From: an uncultured Candidatus Saccharibacteria bacterium
Lineage (GTDB): Bacteria > Patescibacteriota > Doudnabacteria > UBA920
Reading direction: 5' to 3'
Assembly (NCBI GenBank): GCA_964470855.1
Contig: CAYYEK010000001.1
Location: 1 to 36,142 of the forward strand
DNA: 36,142 nucleotides
Numbering within the stretch: the first letter of the stretch is position 1; every line of letters starts with the position of its first letter. Positions 1 through 8,536 of this stretch are shown here, piece after piece. The notes beneath the pieces are model-generated. The model made no database searches, had not been told where the DNA came from, and worked only from the letters and a program-made list of their open reading frames with translations. Both the position numbers and the translations under genes were made by a program.

Positions 1-25
1 AAGAATTTGTCCGTTTAAAAATTTC

Positions 26-952
26 ATGAATCAAATTTTAGTTACAAGTTACAATTACCCAGACCTGGATGGGACATCTGGTGGTGTAGCGTATGCAGAG
101 TATTTACAACTGACCGGACGACCGGCCGTGGCGGGTTTTTTTGGGGAATTATTTGTAGAAACAAATTTTCTGCTTACTCGGTATGGCATACCTGCTCCTT
201 TGATGCTAAAGAGCGCTTTAGACTATAAAGAGGTTGTTTTGGTAGACGCCAGTTCTATGGACGGTTTGGTTGGTCTAATAGACTCCGGTAAGGTCGTAGA
301 GGTGATAGATCATCGTCAGGTGAACAACGCGCATCTGTTTGTCAATGCTAAAACGCAGATAGAGATGGTGGGGGCCGCGGCAACATTGGTGGCGGAAAAG
401 TTTTTTCAATTAGGCTTGAATCCCAGTAAAGAATCTGCCATTTTATTGTGTGGAGGAATAGTTTCTAATACACTAAATTTCTTAAGTCCAAACACTACAG
501 ACCGGGACCAGGCAATGTATGCCAAGTTAAGCGCTGTGGCTGGGATAGATGCGAGTTTTGCAGGGGCAATGTTTCAAGCAAAGTCAGATGTGTCTGGTGA
601 GAAGTTATTTATCAGGTTGGATGGGGACCTGGCGACATTTGAGTTCGGTTCAAAAAAAGTCGGTATAGCTCAGTTGGAATTGATGGGAGCAAGAGATCTG
701 GTAGAGAAAAGAGCATCAGAGATCGTGGGCGACTTGGTGGCGTTGAAAACAAGAGACGCTTTAGATATAGTTTTTTTGAACTTGATAGACTTAGAGGAGG
801 GAAAGAATTATTTTCTTGCTGCTGATGAGGTGGCTAAAACACTTGTGTCTAGTGCGTTAGGTGTTATGTTTGACGGAGCTGTGGCGGTTCGGGATCAGTT
901 AATCATGCGTAAACAGATCGTCCCTCTTATCCGATCGATCTTGTTAGGCTAG
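26..952 (+). CDS. DHH/DHHA2-family phosphoesterase, family II inorganic pyrophosphatase (PpaC)-like
   Basis: 308-aa ORF. ILVTSYNYPDLDG, VLVD, VVEVIDHRQ and SNTLNFLSPNT fall at the DHH motif I-IV positions. The C-terminal GSKKVGIAQLE ... MRKQIVPLI matches the DHHA2 half of Bacillus-type PpaC as I recall it. Several metal-ligand positions are substituted (see findings). Confidence 0.7.
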   Translation: MNQILVTSYNYPDLDGTSGGVAYAEYLQLTGRPAVAGFFGELFVETNFLLTRYGIPAPLMLKSALDYKEVVLVDASSMDGLVGLIDSGKVVEVIDHRQVNNAHLFVNAKTQIEMVGAAATLVAEKFFQLGLNPSKESAILLCGGIVSNTLNFLSPNTTDRDQAMYAKLSAVAGIDASFAGAMFQAKSDVSGEKLFIRLDGDLATFEFGSKKVGIAQLELMGARDLVEKRASEIVGDLVALKTRDALDIVFLNLIDLEEGKNYFLAADEVAKTLVSSALGVMFDGAVAVRDQLIMRKQIVPLIRSILLG

Positions 953-1146
953 GGTTCAAAAAAGAAAGCTAGAATACCAAGGAGCGTAAATCAAAATTGG
1001 GTTGTGTACAACGGCATGCCTTTCAAGTATAGTTTAGGTTGCAGATACAAAAAATACTTTAGGTCTGACTGACGAATGTACTGGTTGCTAGTGTAGTGTC
1101 AAAGGCGCCCTTTAGTTTTCACATCTTTTTAAATAATTCTTAGACT

Positions 1147-1599
1147 ATGAACGCTAACGTATTAGATTTAGCAGAAAGGAGATCTGCCTTAGAAAATAGG
1201 GAGTTGAGAGCACTGTGCTCGATGATGTGGCTTATAGGCTACCGTTTACAGACATATATTGACAGATACCTGAAAGATTTAGAGGTTGGAGATTATGATG
1301 GGTTAGTCGCTATTATCTGGAACTTTGGGATGATAGAAACAGATCTATCAAGGACTGGGGATTTTGTGCTTAAGGATAATAAAAGTGTCGTTGAACGCGC
1401 GAGGACCTTAGCTTCAAATTTTCGACATGTGTTAAATGTGCTAGGAAGGTATCCCAATCCCCACTTGAGGCTAGTGGGTAACCCGGATACATGTGCAATC
1501 TTGATTAAGGATTTACGCGATAATTATAATAAGTTGAGTAAATATATTGAGCCGCTGAGTAAAAAATGGGAACAGATAGCTGAGAGCAAGACATGTTAG
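1147..1599 (+). CDS. hypothetical protein (150 aa, soluble, no recognisable motif)
   Basis: Only long ORF in this interval. Its TAG stop (1597-1599) abuts the duplicated ppaC-like fragment. Confidence 0.5.
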   Translation: MNANVLDLAERRSALENRELRALCSMMWLIGYRLQTYIDRYLKDLEVGDYDGLVAIIWNFGMIETDLSRTGDFVLKDNKSVVERARTLASNFRHVLNVLGRYPNPHLRLVGNPDTCAILIKDLRDNYNKLSKYIEPLSKKWEQIAESKTC

Positions 1600-1696
1600 A
1601 TGGCGGGACATCTGGTGGTGTAGCGTATGCAGAGTATTTACAGCTGACCGGACGACCGGCAGTAGCGGGTTTTTTGGGGAATTATTTGTAGAAACA
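1599..1696 (+). pseudogene. 98-bp degenerate copy of codons ~15-46 of the ppaC-like gene (copy of 68-163)
   Basis: My hand alignment of 68-163 against 1599-1696 gives 3 substitutions, one 3-nt insertion (gatggg vs gatggcggg) and a T7 to T6 frameshift. Flanks on both sides are unrelated. Confidence 0.85.
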
Positions 1697-1719
1697 TAAA
1701 AATCTTTACGAGCTCAGAT

Positions 1720-2148
1720 ATGAATACAAAAAAGAAAATGTTTTGGGTGACAGGGGTGGTGCTGGCTGGTCTAGTGTTTCTGGTGTTGCGTGTGCTGTTT
1801 ACCCAACCAGAGGAACGCCAAATACCTATAAACGAACCTGTTGGGCTGACAGCAGTACGCGCGGCCTTAGAAAAGGCAGAATGGGTTAGAGTCGTGGTCA
1901 GGTTGCGATACGAGCAAACCGAGGTTGCGGATCCAGAAATCACAAAACAAGAAATCCAAAGCTTGCAAGATCGAGTTTTAGCGGACATGGCAAACAAAAA
2001 TTTTTTGTTAGTAAGCCGTCCCTCGTATTCGCCATTTTTATTCGGTAAGATCAACAAAGCAGGCCTAGAACAACTACTTGTTCATCCAGATATCATAGGA
2101 GTGGAACTGGAAAAGCTTTCTGCTCCAACGATGCCGTTTGCTCCTTGA
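1720..2148 (+). CDS. membrane-anchored hypothetical protein, possibly a subtilisin-propeptide (inhibitor I9)-like alpha/beta domain
   Basis: 142-aa ORF with an N-terminal hydrophobic helix (FWVTGVVLAGLVFLVLRVLF). The VRVVVRLRY ... FLFGKINKAGLEQLLVHPDIIGVELEK pattern resembles I9-type prodomains, but this is a weak match by eye. Preferred over the antisense ORF 1638-2057. Confidence 0.5.
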   Translation: MNTKKKMFWVTGVVLAGLVFLVLRVLFTQPEERQIPINEPVGLTAVRAALEKAEWVRVVVRLRYEQTEVADPEITKQEIQSLQDRVLADMANKNFLLVSRPSYSPFLFGKINKAGLEQLLVHPDIIGVELEKLSAPTMPFAP

Positions 2149-2268
2149 TGGGGCAACATTATTCGCAAAAAAGACAGTTAAGTTTGAGTGGGTGGTTTTT
2201 GTCAAAAGATTGAGAAAGTATTAATATTTACATATCAGTCCGTATATTTATCAATCGCAAACAATTTT

Positions 2269-2952
2269 ATGAAAAAAACTTGGTTAGGAGGGGTGGTGGG
2301 TTTGTTTGTTTTAGTAGTAGTTATGGTAGTGTTTTGGCCGCAGCAGGCGGAGATGCCAAGCCAGGTCTCAGAAGATATAAAGTCTAAGGTCTTAATATCG
2401 GAAGATAAGCACTCTGTCCTTCGTAGTGGCGAATTGTTGTTGGACACTAAACACGAACAACTTGTGCAGTATTTGAGAGAAGAGACCGGGCTGTGCGAGG
2501 AAAGTAATATGAACCGCACCCCGACTTCGAAGCGGTTTTGTGAAGATCTGGACTTTTTTGCGCAAGAAGTTTTCTTTAGCGACTTGCAAGTAGACCCGAA
2601 CTCGCAAGCAGTGGTATTTGCTGTTAGGACTAAACAGTTGGAGCCTGACAACTTTTTAGTGTGGTTGTCGCTGGCCACAAAAGATTTACAAGTTTTAACG
2701 CCTTTTTACTTAGGCAATGAATTTCTAGGATTTTCCAGCAAAGGGAAACTTTTCGCCTACCGAACAAATTGTTGGGAAGGCATGTGCGGCATTAAGGTAG
2801 GACAGACCGCAACCGGATTGGAAGTGGCAAGTTTTAATAATCCGGAACAGTTTGACTCTAGAGAATTTGACGCGCAGTTTGTTGGTTGGGATTCTGAAGT
2901 GGGTTTGTATTATCGGTTAGATGGAAAGCAGGTCTTAGGTAGGATTGAGTAG
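2269..2952 (+). CDS. membrane-anchored hypothetical protein
   Basis: The ORF is open from 2188. The ATG at 2269 gives a typical MKKTW + hydrophobic helix (LGGVVGLFVLVVVMVVFW) N-terminus. Four Cys lie in the predicted external part. Confidence 0.55.
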   Translation: MKKTWLGGVVGLFVLVVVMVVFWPQQAEMPSQVSEDIKSKVLISEDKHSVLRSGELLLDTKHEQLVQYLREETGLCEESNMNRTPTSKRFCEDLDFFAQEVFFSDLQVDPNSQAVVFAVRTKQLEPDNFLVWLSLATKDLQVLTPFYLGNEFLGFSSKGKLFAYRTNCWEGMCGIKVGQTATGLEVASFNNPEQFDSREFDAQFVGWDSEVGLYYRLDGKQVLGRIE

Positions 2953-3025
2953 TGGCAGCGGGTGGCAGTATTGTAATTGGCTTTTCTTTTTAGAAGCGAG
3001 TATAGTGGGGGTAGAAAGTTATTTT

Positions 3026-3532
3026 ATGAACGGCATACCCACTTCAAGGCACCATATAAAATTCAATGCCATCATCTTGGTTTGGCGGCTTTTTTGGGTA
3101 CTGTTCGTTATAAATACCCTTTATGGATTTTTGCTGCTACTGGTGTCTAGGGGTGCGATTTTGACTAATTATACAGGCGAGTTGTTCAATGCCGCTTGGA
3201 TGGGGCATATAGTGGTGTTTGTGGTGCAGGCGGTTGCTTTGGTGATCTTAACTGCCGGCTGGCTGCGCACGAATTACTATCTAACTGACGGGGAGTTGGT
3301 GTTGGTTTCGGGCATAGTCACTGAAAAAGAAGTTTTGTATAAAATTTCCGATGTCCGCTCCATCACATTACGACAGTCTTGGCCGGGTAGGATTTTTAAC
3401 TACGGCACGCTGATCGTGTATATAAGTGCATCTGGTGGGTACCACGAAACCGTGCGGCTAAAAGACATCAAGAACCCGAAAGTGTACGAGCACGCCTTAC
3501 GGGAGGGGATGAAACTGAACGAAGGCGATTAA
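3026..3532 (+). CDS. membrane protein with bacterial PH-like (bPH_2 / YdbS-YdbT type) domain
   Basis: The ORF is open from 2945. The ATG at 3026 precedes two hydrophobic helices, then YYLTDGELVLVSGIVTEKEVLYKISDVRSITLRQSWPGRIFNYGTLIVY, the usual bPH_2 pattern. Confidence 0.6.
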   Translation: MNGIPTSRHHIKFNAIILVWRLFWVLFVINTLYGFLLLLVSRGAILTNYTGELFNAAWMGHIVVFVVQAVALVILTAGWLRTNYYLTDGELVLVSGIVTEKEVLYKISDVRSITLRQSWPGRIFNYGTLIVYISASGGYHETVRLKDIKNPKVYEHALREGMKLNEGD

Positions 3533-3641
3533 GATTGAAGTAAGTAAAATAGAACAGTTTTTGTTTTAAAGAAAGTTTGGTGCGCCTTGGCGGTTGCATT
3601 TAGAAATTGAACTGGTGACTGACGAGGGTGCAAAAACTTTG

Positions 3642-3663
3642 TGGTACAATTAGTGCATAAAAA
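3642..3663 (+). promoter_or_regulatory. extended -10 promoter (TGgTACAAT) plus a conserved 19-nt motif TACAATTAGTGCATAAAAA
   Basis: TG at 3642-3643 and TACAAT at 3645-3650, 29 nt upstream of the DUF805 start codon. The 19-mer 3645-3663 recurs exactly at 35606-35624. Confidence 0.5.
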
Positions 3664-3678
3664 ATAAATCAACAAGCA

Positions 3679-4053
3679 ATGCAACATTACATAGCTGCGC
3701 TAAAAAAATACGCCGTGTTTAGCGGCAGGTCATCACGAGCGGAGTTTTGGTATTTCGTGCTATTCAACCTGATTATAAGTATACTTATGTCAGTTATCAG
3801 TGGGGTGTTTGGAGACTCCAAAAATATTTTGGGGTATTTGTATTCTTTAGCTGTTTTGGTGCCTGGATTAGCCGTGTCAGTTAGAAGAATGCATGATATC
3901 GGCAAAAGCGGTTGGATGTTGCTGGTAGTCTTGATTCCTTTGGTGGGGTGGATTTGGTTAATCGTCCTATATGCCCGAAAGGGTGATGTGGGTGACAATA
4001 AGTACGGTCCTTCCGGTGCTACCTCCCAGCCAGTCCAAAATCCTACAACATAA
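3679..4053 (+). CDS. DUF805-family inner-membrane protein (YhaH/YhaI-like)
   Basis: YAVFSGRSSRAEFWYFVLFN ... SVRRMHDIGKSGWMLL ... LIPLVGWIWLIVL ... G..GDNKYGP is the family signature. Confidence 0.85.
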   Translation: MQHYIAALKKYAVFSGRSSRAEFWYFVLFNLIISILMSVISGVFGDSKNILGYLYSLAVLVPGLAVSVRRMHDIGKSGWMLLVVLIPLVGWIWLIVLYARKGDVGDNKYGPSGATSQPVQNPTT

Positions 4054-4066
4054 TTTTCAAAAATCT

Positions 4067-4091
4067 AAAAGCGCCTCTCATGGGCGCTTTT
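4067..4091. terminator. bidirectional rho-independent terminator between convergent genes
   Basis: AAAAGCGCC-tctcatg-GGCGCTTTT: a 9-bp perfect stem flanked by an A-run and a T-run. Confidence 0.8.
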
Positions 4092-4148
4092 AGTATTTCC
4101 GATTTTTTGAAAGCTGTAGGGCGCAGAACAGTTCTAAAGGCTATATAA

Positions 4149-4610
4149 TTAATCACCCTTGAAACTAGTTAAAAGTGCTATGGCAGTTAGTTGTAGGTTT
4201 GTCATTGATAAAGCTTCAGCTATTTCCTGGTGAGCTTCATCCATAGAAACCTCTTCGGCAAATTTTGGATTTGCCCTTATTAGTTTAGTGATGGCCATGC
4301 ATACCATTCTCGCTTTTTCGAAATTAGCTAGATATTCTTTTGCGTCTTCGGGGCTCCAATAACCCTTGGCTTCGTTAAATATTTCTTTATTTATAGATTC
4401 GAGCCGGCCTGGGTCTAGCAGATCAAAACCGTGGTCATTTTTTATTTCCTCAAAGATTTGGTTGCGGAGTTCTAGTAAACCTGTGAGGTTATTACTATCG
4501 ACATAAGAGCTAATTAGTTCCTCTGTAGTCGGTTTTTTTTTGTTTTCTTTTTGTTCTTCGAACAATCTTCCGACCGGTGTTACAGGGAGATCCTTACCTT
4601 CAGTCGCCAT
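4149..4610 (-). CDS. hypothetical protein (153 aa, acidic, helical-looking)
   Basis: Clean ORF between the terminator and pyrG, on the same strand as pyrG. No recognisable motif. Confidence 0.55.
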   Translation of the reverse strand: MATEGKDLPVTPVGRLFEEQKENKKKPTTEELISSYVDSNNLTGLLELRNQIFEEIKNDHGFDLLDPGRLESINKEIFNEAKGYWSPEDAKEYLANFEKARMVCMAITKLIRANPKFAEEVSMDEAHQEIAEALSMTNLQLTAIALLTSFKGD

Positions 4611-4698
4611 AAATATCTTGATTTAGACTTATTGAATAGGATCATTCTAACAAACATGTTAGGTGGAAAGCAAATGTGGTTTTATAAGTATAGAGTGC

Positions 4699-6387
4699 TT
4701 ATTTACCTAGATGTTTCACAAATTCTCTAAACAGAGGGTGGGGGGAGAGGGGGCGGGAGAGGAACTCTGGGTGAAACTGGGTGGCTACGAAGAATTTATG
4801 CTTGGGCAGCTCTATGATTTCTACCAGCAATCCGTCAGGTGAAAAGCCGGAAAATTTCAACCCCGCTTTTTCCAGCCGTTCCCTGTAAGAGTTGTTGACT
4901 TCATAGCGGTGGCGATGGCGCTCTTGAATTTGGGGGTCTGTGTTTGATTTGATCCAACCAGCTTTTTTATAAGCGGCAAATGCTCGGGATTTGGGTGCTA
5001 GCACACAAGGCCAAGCACCTAAACGCATGGTGCCGCCATATTGTTTTTTAAGCAGTAACTTTTCCTGGTCCGGCATAATGTGTATGACCGGGTGTTGAGT
5101 AGAAGGATCTACTTCCGTGGTATGCGCGTCTAGTTTTAGGATATTTCTAGCATACTCTATAACAGCCATTTGTAAGCCGTAGCAAAGGCCTAAGAAGGGG
5201 AGATTGTGGGTGCGGGCGTACTCGATAGTTTTTATCATCCCTTCTGTGCCACGCGACCCAAATCCACCTGGTACCACTATTCCATCAAAACCCCCTAGCA
5301 CTTTTTTAGCTCCTTGTTTCTCTACTTCTATACTAGACACCCAAGATAGCTTGATATTTTTCCCCGCAGCCCACGCCGAAGCCTTAAGTGCCTCTACAAC
5401 TGAAACATAGACATCTGCTAGTTTAAAGTCACCAGTTTCGTAGTATTTACCCACCACGGCGACTTTGATCTCTGGTTTTTTTAGTGCTCCGACCCGTTTA
5501 CGGTTAAACGCGTACCAAGTAGAGAGATTTGGTTTAGAACCTTTAAGCCCCAAAGAGTCCATAAGCAAGTTGCCAAAGTTTTGTTTTTCGAAATTCGCCG
5601 GTACATCGTAGATACTGGGCGCGTCCGGTGCTGCGATAATGTGGTCAGGTTTGAGGTTGCAGATCCAAGCTAGTGTCTGCTTTCGCCTATCATCTATGCT
5701 TTCCGATGAGCGAGCGACTAAAAAGTCAGGTTGGACACCGGTGGCATTAAGTTGGCGGATGGAATTCTGAACCGGTTTAGACTTCATCTCACCAATACTT
5801 GGAGGTATGGGCAAGTATCCAACATGAACATGCACAACTGAACGTGAGTCCCGGTATTTCATGATCCTACTAGCCTCGATGAACAAGATGTTTTGATATT
5901 CTCCTACTGTGGCTCCTATCTCACAGATCACTACATCGGCTTGCTGTTCTTCTCCGGCTGCTTCTAATCGTCTAATGATCTCCTCTGGTACATGGGGGAT
6001 GATTTCCACATCTTCGCCGTCAAATTCAAAGTTACGCTCTTTTTCTATTAGCCGTTGGTAGATTTGACCGTTAGTTACATAATTTGCTTTTGAGAGTGAT
6101 CTACCTAGAAATCTTTCATAGTTTCCCAAATCTTGATCACACTCCATGCCGTCGTTTAACACAAACACTTCCCCATGTTCTTGTGGGCGGATCGTGCCTG
6201 CGTCTACATTTAGATACGCATCGCATTTTACTGGAGCTACCTTAAGACCCCTGGCCTCCAACAGCATGGCTATAGAAGCGCTTGTGATTCCTTTGCCAAC
6301 CGAGGAGATAACACCTCCTGATACAAAAATAAACTTTGTTTCTGACCTTTTGGCCTTCCTGGATTTTACATGGTAACTCATAAGCAA
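4699..6387 (-). CDS. pyrG: CTP synthase
   Basis: FVSGGVISSVGKG synthetase N-terminus, GLCYGLQ glutaminase nucleophile motif, HRHRYEVN and QFHPEF near the C-terminus. 562 aa. Confidence 0.95.
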   Translation of the reverse strand: MLMSYHVKSRKAKRSETKFIFVSGGVISSVGKGITSASIAMLLEARGLKVAPVKCDAYLNVDAGTIRPQEHGEVFVLNDGMECDQDLGNYERFLGRSLSKANYVTNGQIYQRLIEKERNFEFDGEDVEIIPHVPEEIIRRLEAAGEEQQADVVICEIGATVGEYQNILFIEASRIMKYRDSRSVVHVHVGYLPIPPSIGEMKSKPVQNSIRQLNATGVQPDFLVARSSESIDDRRKQTLAWICNLKPDHIIAAPDAPSIYDVPANFEKQNFGNLLMDSLGLKGSKPNLSTWYAFNRKRVGALKKPEIKVAVVGKYYETGDFKLADVYVSVVEALKASAWAAGKNIKLSWVSSIEVEKQGAKKVLGGFDGIVVPGGFGSRGTEGMIKTIEYARTHNLPFLGLCYGLQMAVIEYARNILKLDAHTTEVDPSTQHPVIHIMPDQEKLLLKKQYGGTMRLGAWPCVLAPKSRAFAAYKKAGWIKSNTDPQIQERHRHRYEVNNSYRERLEKAGLKFSGFSPDGLLVEIIELPKHKFFVATQFHPEFLSRPLSPHPLFREFVKHLGK

Positions 6388-6555
6388 AAGCGTTTAATAG
6401 TGTGTCTATAAATAAACAATCTCCGCTACTCGGGTGCTTAGAGAGCGGAGCTTTTTCTTGGCTCTTTATAATTATAGCCTCGGTAAAGCAGGGCCTACCT
6501 GTGGATAGCTCTGAGATGTTGCTGGTTTGGTGGTTAACTTGCTAGTATACACAAC

Positions 6556-7680
6556 ATGAAAGTCCTTGTTTTATACACTGCGCACACTTTGGGGCATAAG
6601 CAAATTGCGGAAAATGTGGCTTGGCACTTGCGGGAGGCTAGCCATGAAGTGGTGCTTGAGGAGGTGCTGAAGTCCGCCAACTCGGCTGCAGTAAACAAGT
6701 TTTTGAAAGTTCATATATTTGTCAACCGTTACCTGCCTTTTATCTGGTGGTTTTTGTATCGTTACGGATTTTGGTTTACTATGCCTTTCCGCTTGCTGGT
6801 AGCTTGCAGATTTGCGCCTATTTTACAAAGAATTATAAACTCGCACAGCCCTGACCTCGTGGTCACAACTCAGACTAGTCCCTCAGCTGTGATGAGTGTT
6901 ATCAAAAAGACTGCCCCTGATCTTCTTTGGCTAACTGCTTTTTCAGATTTTCACTTCCATCGCTACTGGGTTTATCCAAGGTGTGATGGTTTTTTGGTAA
7001 ATATCCGAGAACAAGCTGAGAAACTGGTAAAATTGGGCATCCCCAAGCACCAGATATTTAGAATTGGCATGGGGCTGTTTCCAAGTCCTTCTTTAAAATC
7101 AGTGGACAAGACACGTGAAGAGCTTGGTGTTGGTCAAGATGAAAAAGTGGTTTTGGTCACGGTTGGTGGTGGAACTCTAGGTCAAGGCATAGAAGATGCT
7201 GATTGGAGGGCTTTACAGCAACTTTCAAACCTGTGTAGATCTTCTAATTTGAAAGTAAAAATTTTGATAGCCTGCGGCAAAGACCAGGTTTTGTTCCAGA
7301 AAGTTGAAACTATGTCCAAACAAGACCATACCTTTCGTGCAGTGAGGTTCTATACACCTTTTATAGAACTGGTTCGGTGCGCTGACCTTGCATTGGGAAA
7401 GCTTGGGGGCATGACCACAGCAGAGTGTTTGTATGAAGGGGTGAGGGTGTTTTCCACTCGTGTATTGCCAGGTCAAGAGGAGATGAATCTAGACTATTTG
7501 GTATCAAGAAATTTAGTGGTTGACCTTTCAAGGAGCAATCCTGAGCAAAGGGCACGGATACTTTTTGAAGCACTACAACAGCAAAAGCCCAGCGACCAGC
7601 AACTAAGTGCCCAAAAAGGGTTAGTTTCACCAGACTCGGAGCCTGCTTTTTCCGCATTTATAAAAAGTTTTTCCCGGTGA
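6556..7680 (+). CDS. GT28-type glycosyltransferase (MGDG synthase / UgtP / MurG-like fold)
   Basis: MKVLVLYTAHTLGHKQIAENV N-terminus is typical of MGDG_synth-type enzymes. C-terminal GKLGGMTTAECLYEGVRV matches the GT-B nucleotide-sugar half. Confidence 0.6.
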   Translation: MKVLVLYTAHTLGHKQIAENVAWHLREASHEVVLEEVLKSANSAAVNKFLKVHIFVNRYLPFIWWFLYRYGFWFTMPFRLLVACRFAPILQRIINSHSPDLVVTTQTSPSAVMSVIKKTAPDLLWLTAFSDFHFHRYWVYPRCDGFLVNIREQAEKLVKLGIPKHQIFRIGMGLFPSPSLKSVDKTREELGVGQDEKVVLVTVGGGTLGQGIEDADWRALQQLSNLCRSSNLKVKILIACGKDQVLFQKVETMSKQDHTFRAVRFYTPFIELVRCADLALGKLGGMTTAECLYEGVRVFSTRVLPGQEEMNLDYLVSRNLVVDLSRSNPEQRARILFEALQQQKPSDQQLSAQKGLVSPDSEPAFSAFIKSFSR

Positions 7681-7710
7681 AAAAACTTGTGGGTTTCACC
7701 TGAAAATGTG

Positions 7711-7739
7711 TTGACTCTAATTGAGGTTTTGTTTATGAT
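7711..7739 (+). promoter_or_regulatory. near-consensus sigma-70 promoter TTGACT-17-TATGAT
   Basis: TTGACT at 7711-7716, 17-nt spacer, TATGAT at 7734-7739, 30 nt upstream of the hsp20 ATG. Confidence 0.7.
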
Positions 7740-7768
7740 GACAGCAACAAGATTTTAAAACAAACCGT

Positions 7769-8434
7769 ATGGCAACAAATAGAAGATCGTTTTTCGGAAA
7801 AATTATGGGTTCTGGGCAAAATGACGAGGTAGCTGAAGATGTAGAGCCAGCGAGGACTTTTCAGCCAACTGCTGGGCCCACAGAAGACGAAGATGAGATT
7901 GAGGATCTCGAGGTTTTGGAAGATGAAGATACAGAAGTTCAGGAAGAAGTTTTTGAAGATGAGATTACTGTAAGTGGTACCTCGACGAGTCGCCCGGTTA
8001 AAGTGGAGCAAGAAGAGGTAGAAGAAGAGCAGGAGGAAGAAGACTTACCTGCTACTCCTGCAAAAAAAGAATCTGGGGACCACGAGGGTTGGTTGTCCGA
8101 CTACGAAGGTCAGCTGAACATTGACATGTATCAGACTAAAGACAATGTTATCATCAAGTCCACGATTGCCGGGGTACGACCAGAGGATATAGATATCACG
8201 GTGGCCAATGACATGGTTTCCATAAAAGGTGTCAGGAATAGAGAAGAAAAAGTAGCTGATGATGACTACTTCTACCAGGAGTGTTACTGGGGCAATTTTG
8301 CCAGAAGCGTCATAGTTCCGGTTGATATTGACAGTGAAAACATAGAGGCGGACTTGAGAGATGGAATTCTTACGATAGTAATACCTAAAGCAGCCAAAGC
8401 AAAAACCAAGAAAATCAAAGTGAAAGGACTGTAA
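7769..8434 (+). CDS. small heat-shock protein (Hsp20/alpha-crystallin) with a long acidic N-terminal extension
   Basis: C-terminal ~105 aa: NIDMYQTKDNVIIKSTIAGVRPEDIDITVANDMVSIKGVR ... FARSVIVPVDIDSENIEADLRDGILTIVIPK. This is the canonical alpha-crystallin domain. Confidence 0.9.
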   Translation: MATNRRSFFGKIMGSGQNDEVAEDVEPARTFQPTAGPTEDEDEIEDLEVLEDEDTEVQEEVFEDEITVSGTSTSRPVKVEQEEVEEEQEEEDLPATPAKKESGDHEGWLSDYEGQLNIDMYQTKDNVIIKSTIAGVRPEDIDITVANDMVSIKGVRNREEKVADDDYFYQECYWGNFARSVIVPVDIDSENIEADLRDGILTIVIPKAAKAKTKKIKVKGL

Positions 8435-8451
8435 AGCAGGATTACAGCCAT

Positions 8452-8484
8452 AAGCGCGCAGGGCTTCTTAGTCACCGCGCGCTT
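8452..8484 (+). terminator. stem-loop after hsp20 (weak T-tract)
   Basis: AAGCGCGC-17 nt-GCGCGCTT followed by TGTGTT. 8-bp GC-rich stem but a large loop. Confidence 0.4.
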
Positions 8485-8506
8485 TGTGTTGCTGGCTGGA
8501 ATTTCG

Positions 8507-8515
8507 TGATACAAT
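8507..8515 (+). promoter_or_regulatory. extended -10 element TGaTACAAT upstream of ftsK
   Basis: TG at 8507-8508 and TACAAT at 8510-8515, 21 nt before the ATG at 8537. Confidence 0.4.
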
Positions 8516-8536
8516 AAACCCAGACAGACAAAAAAT

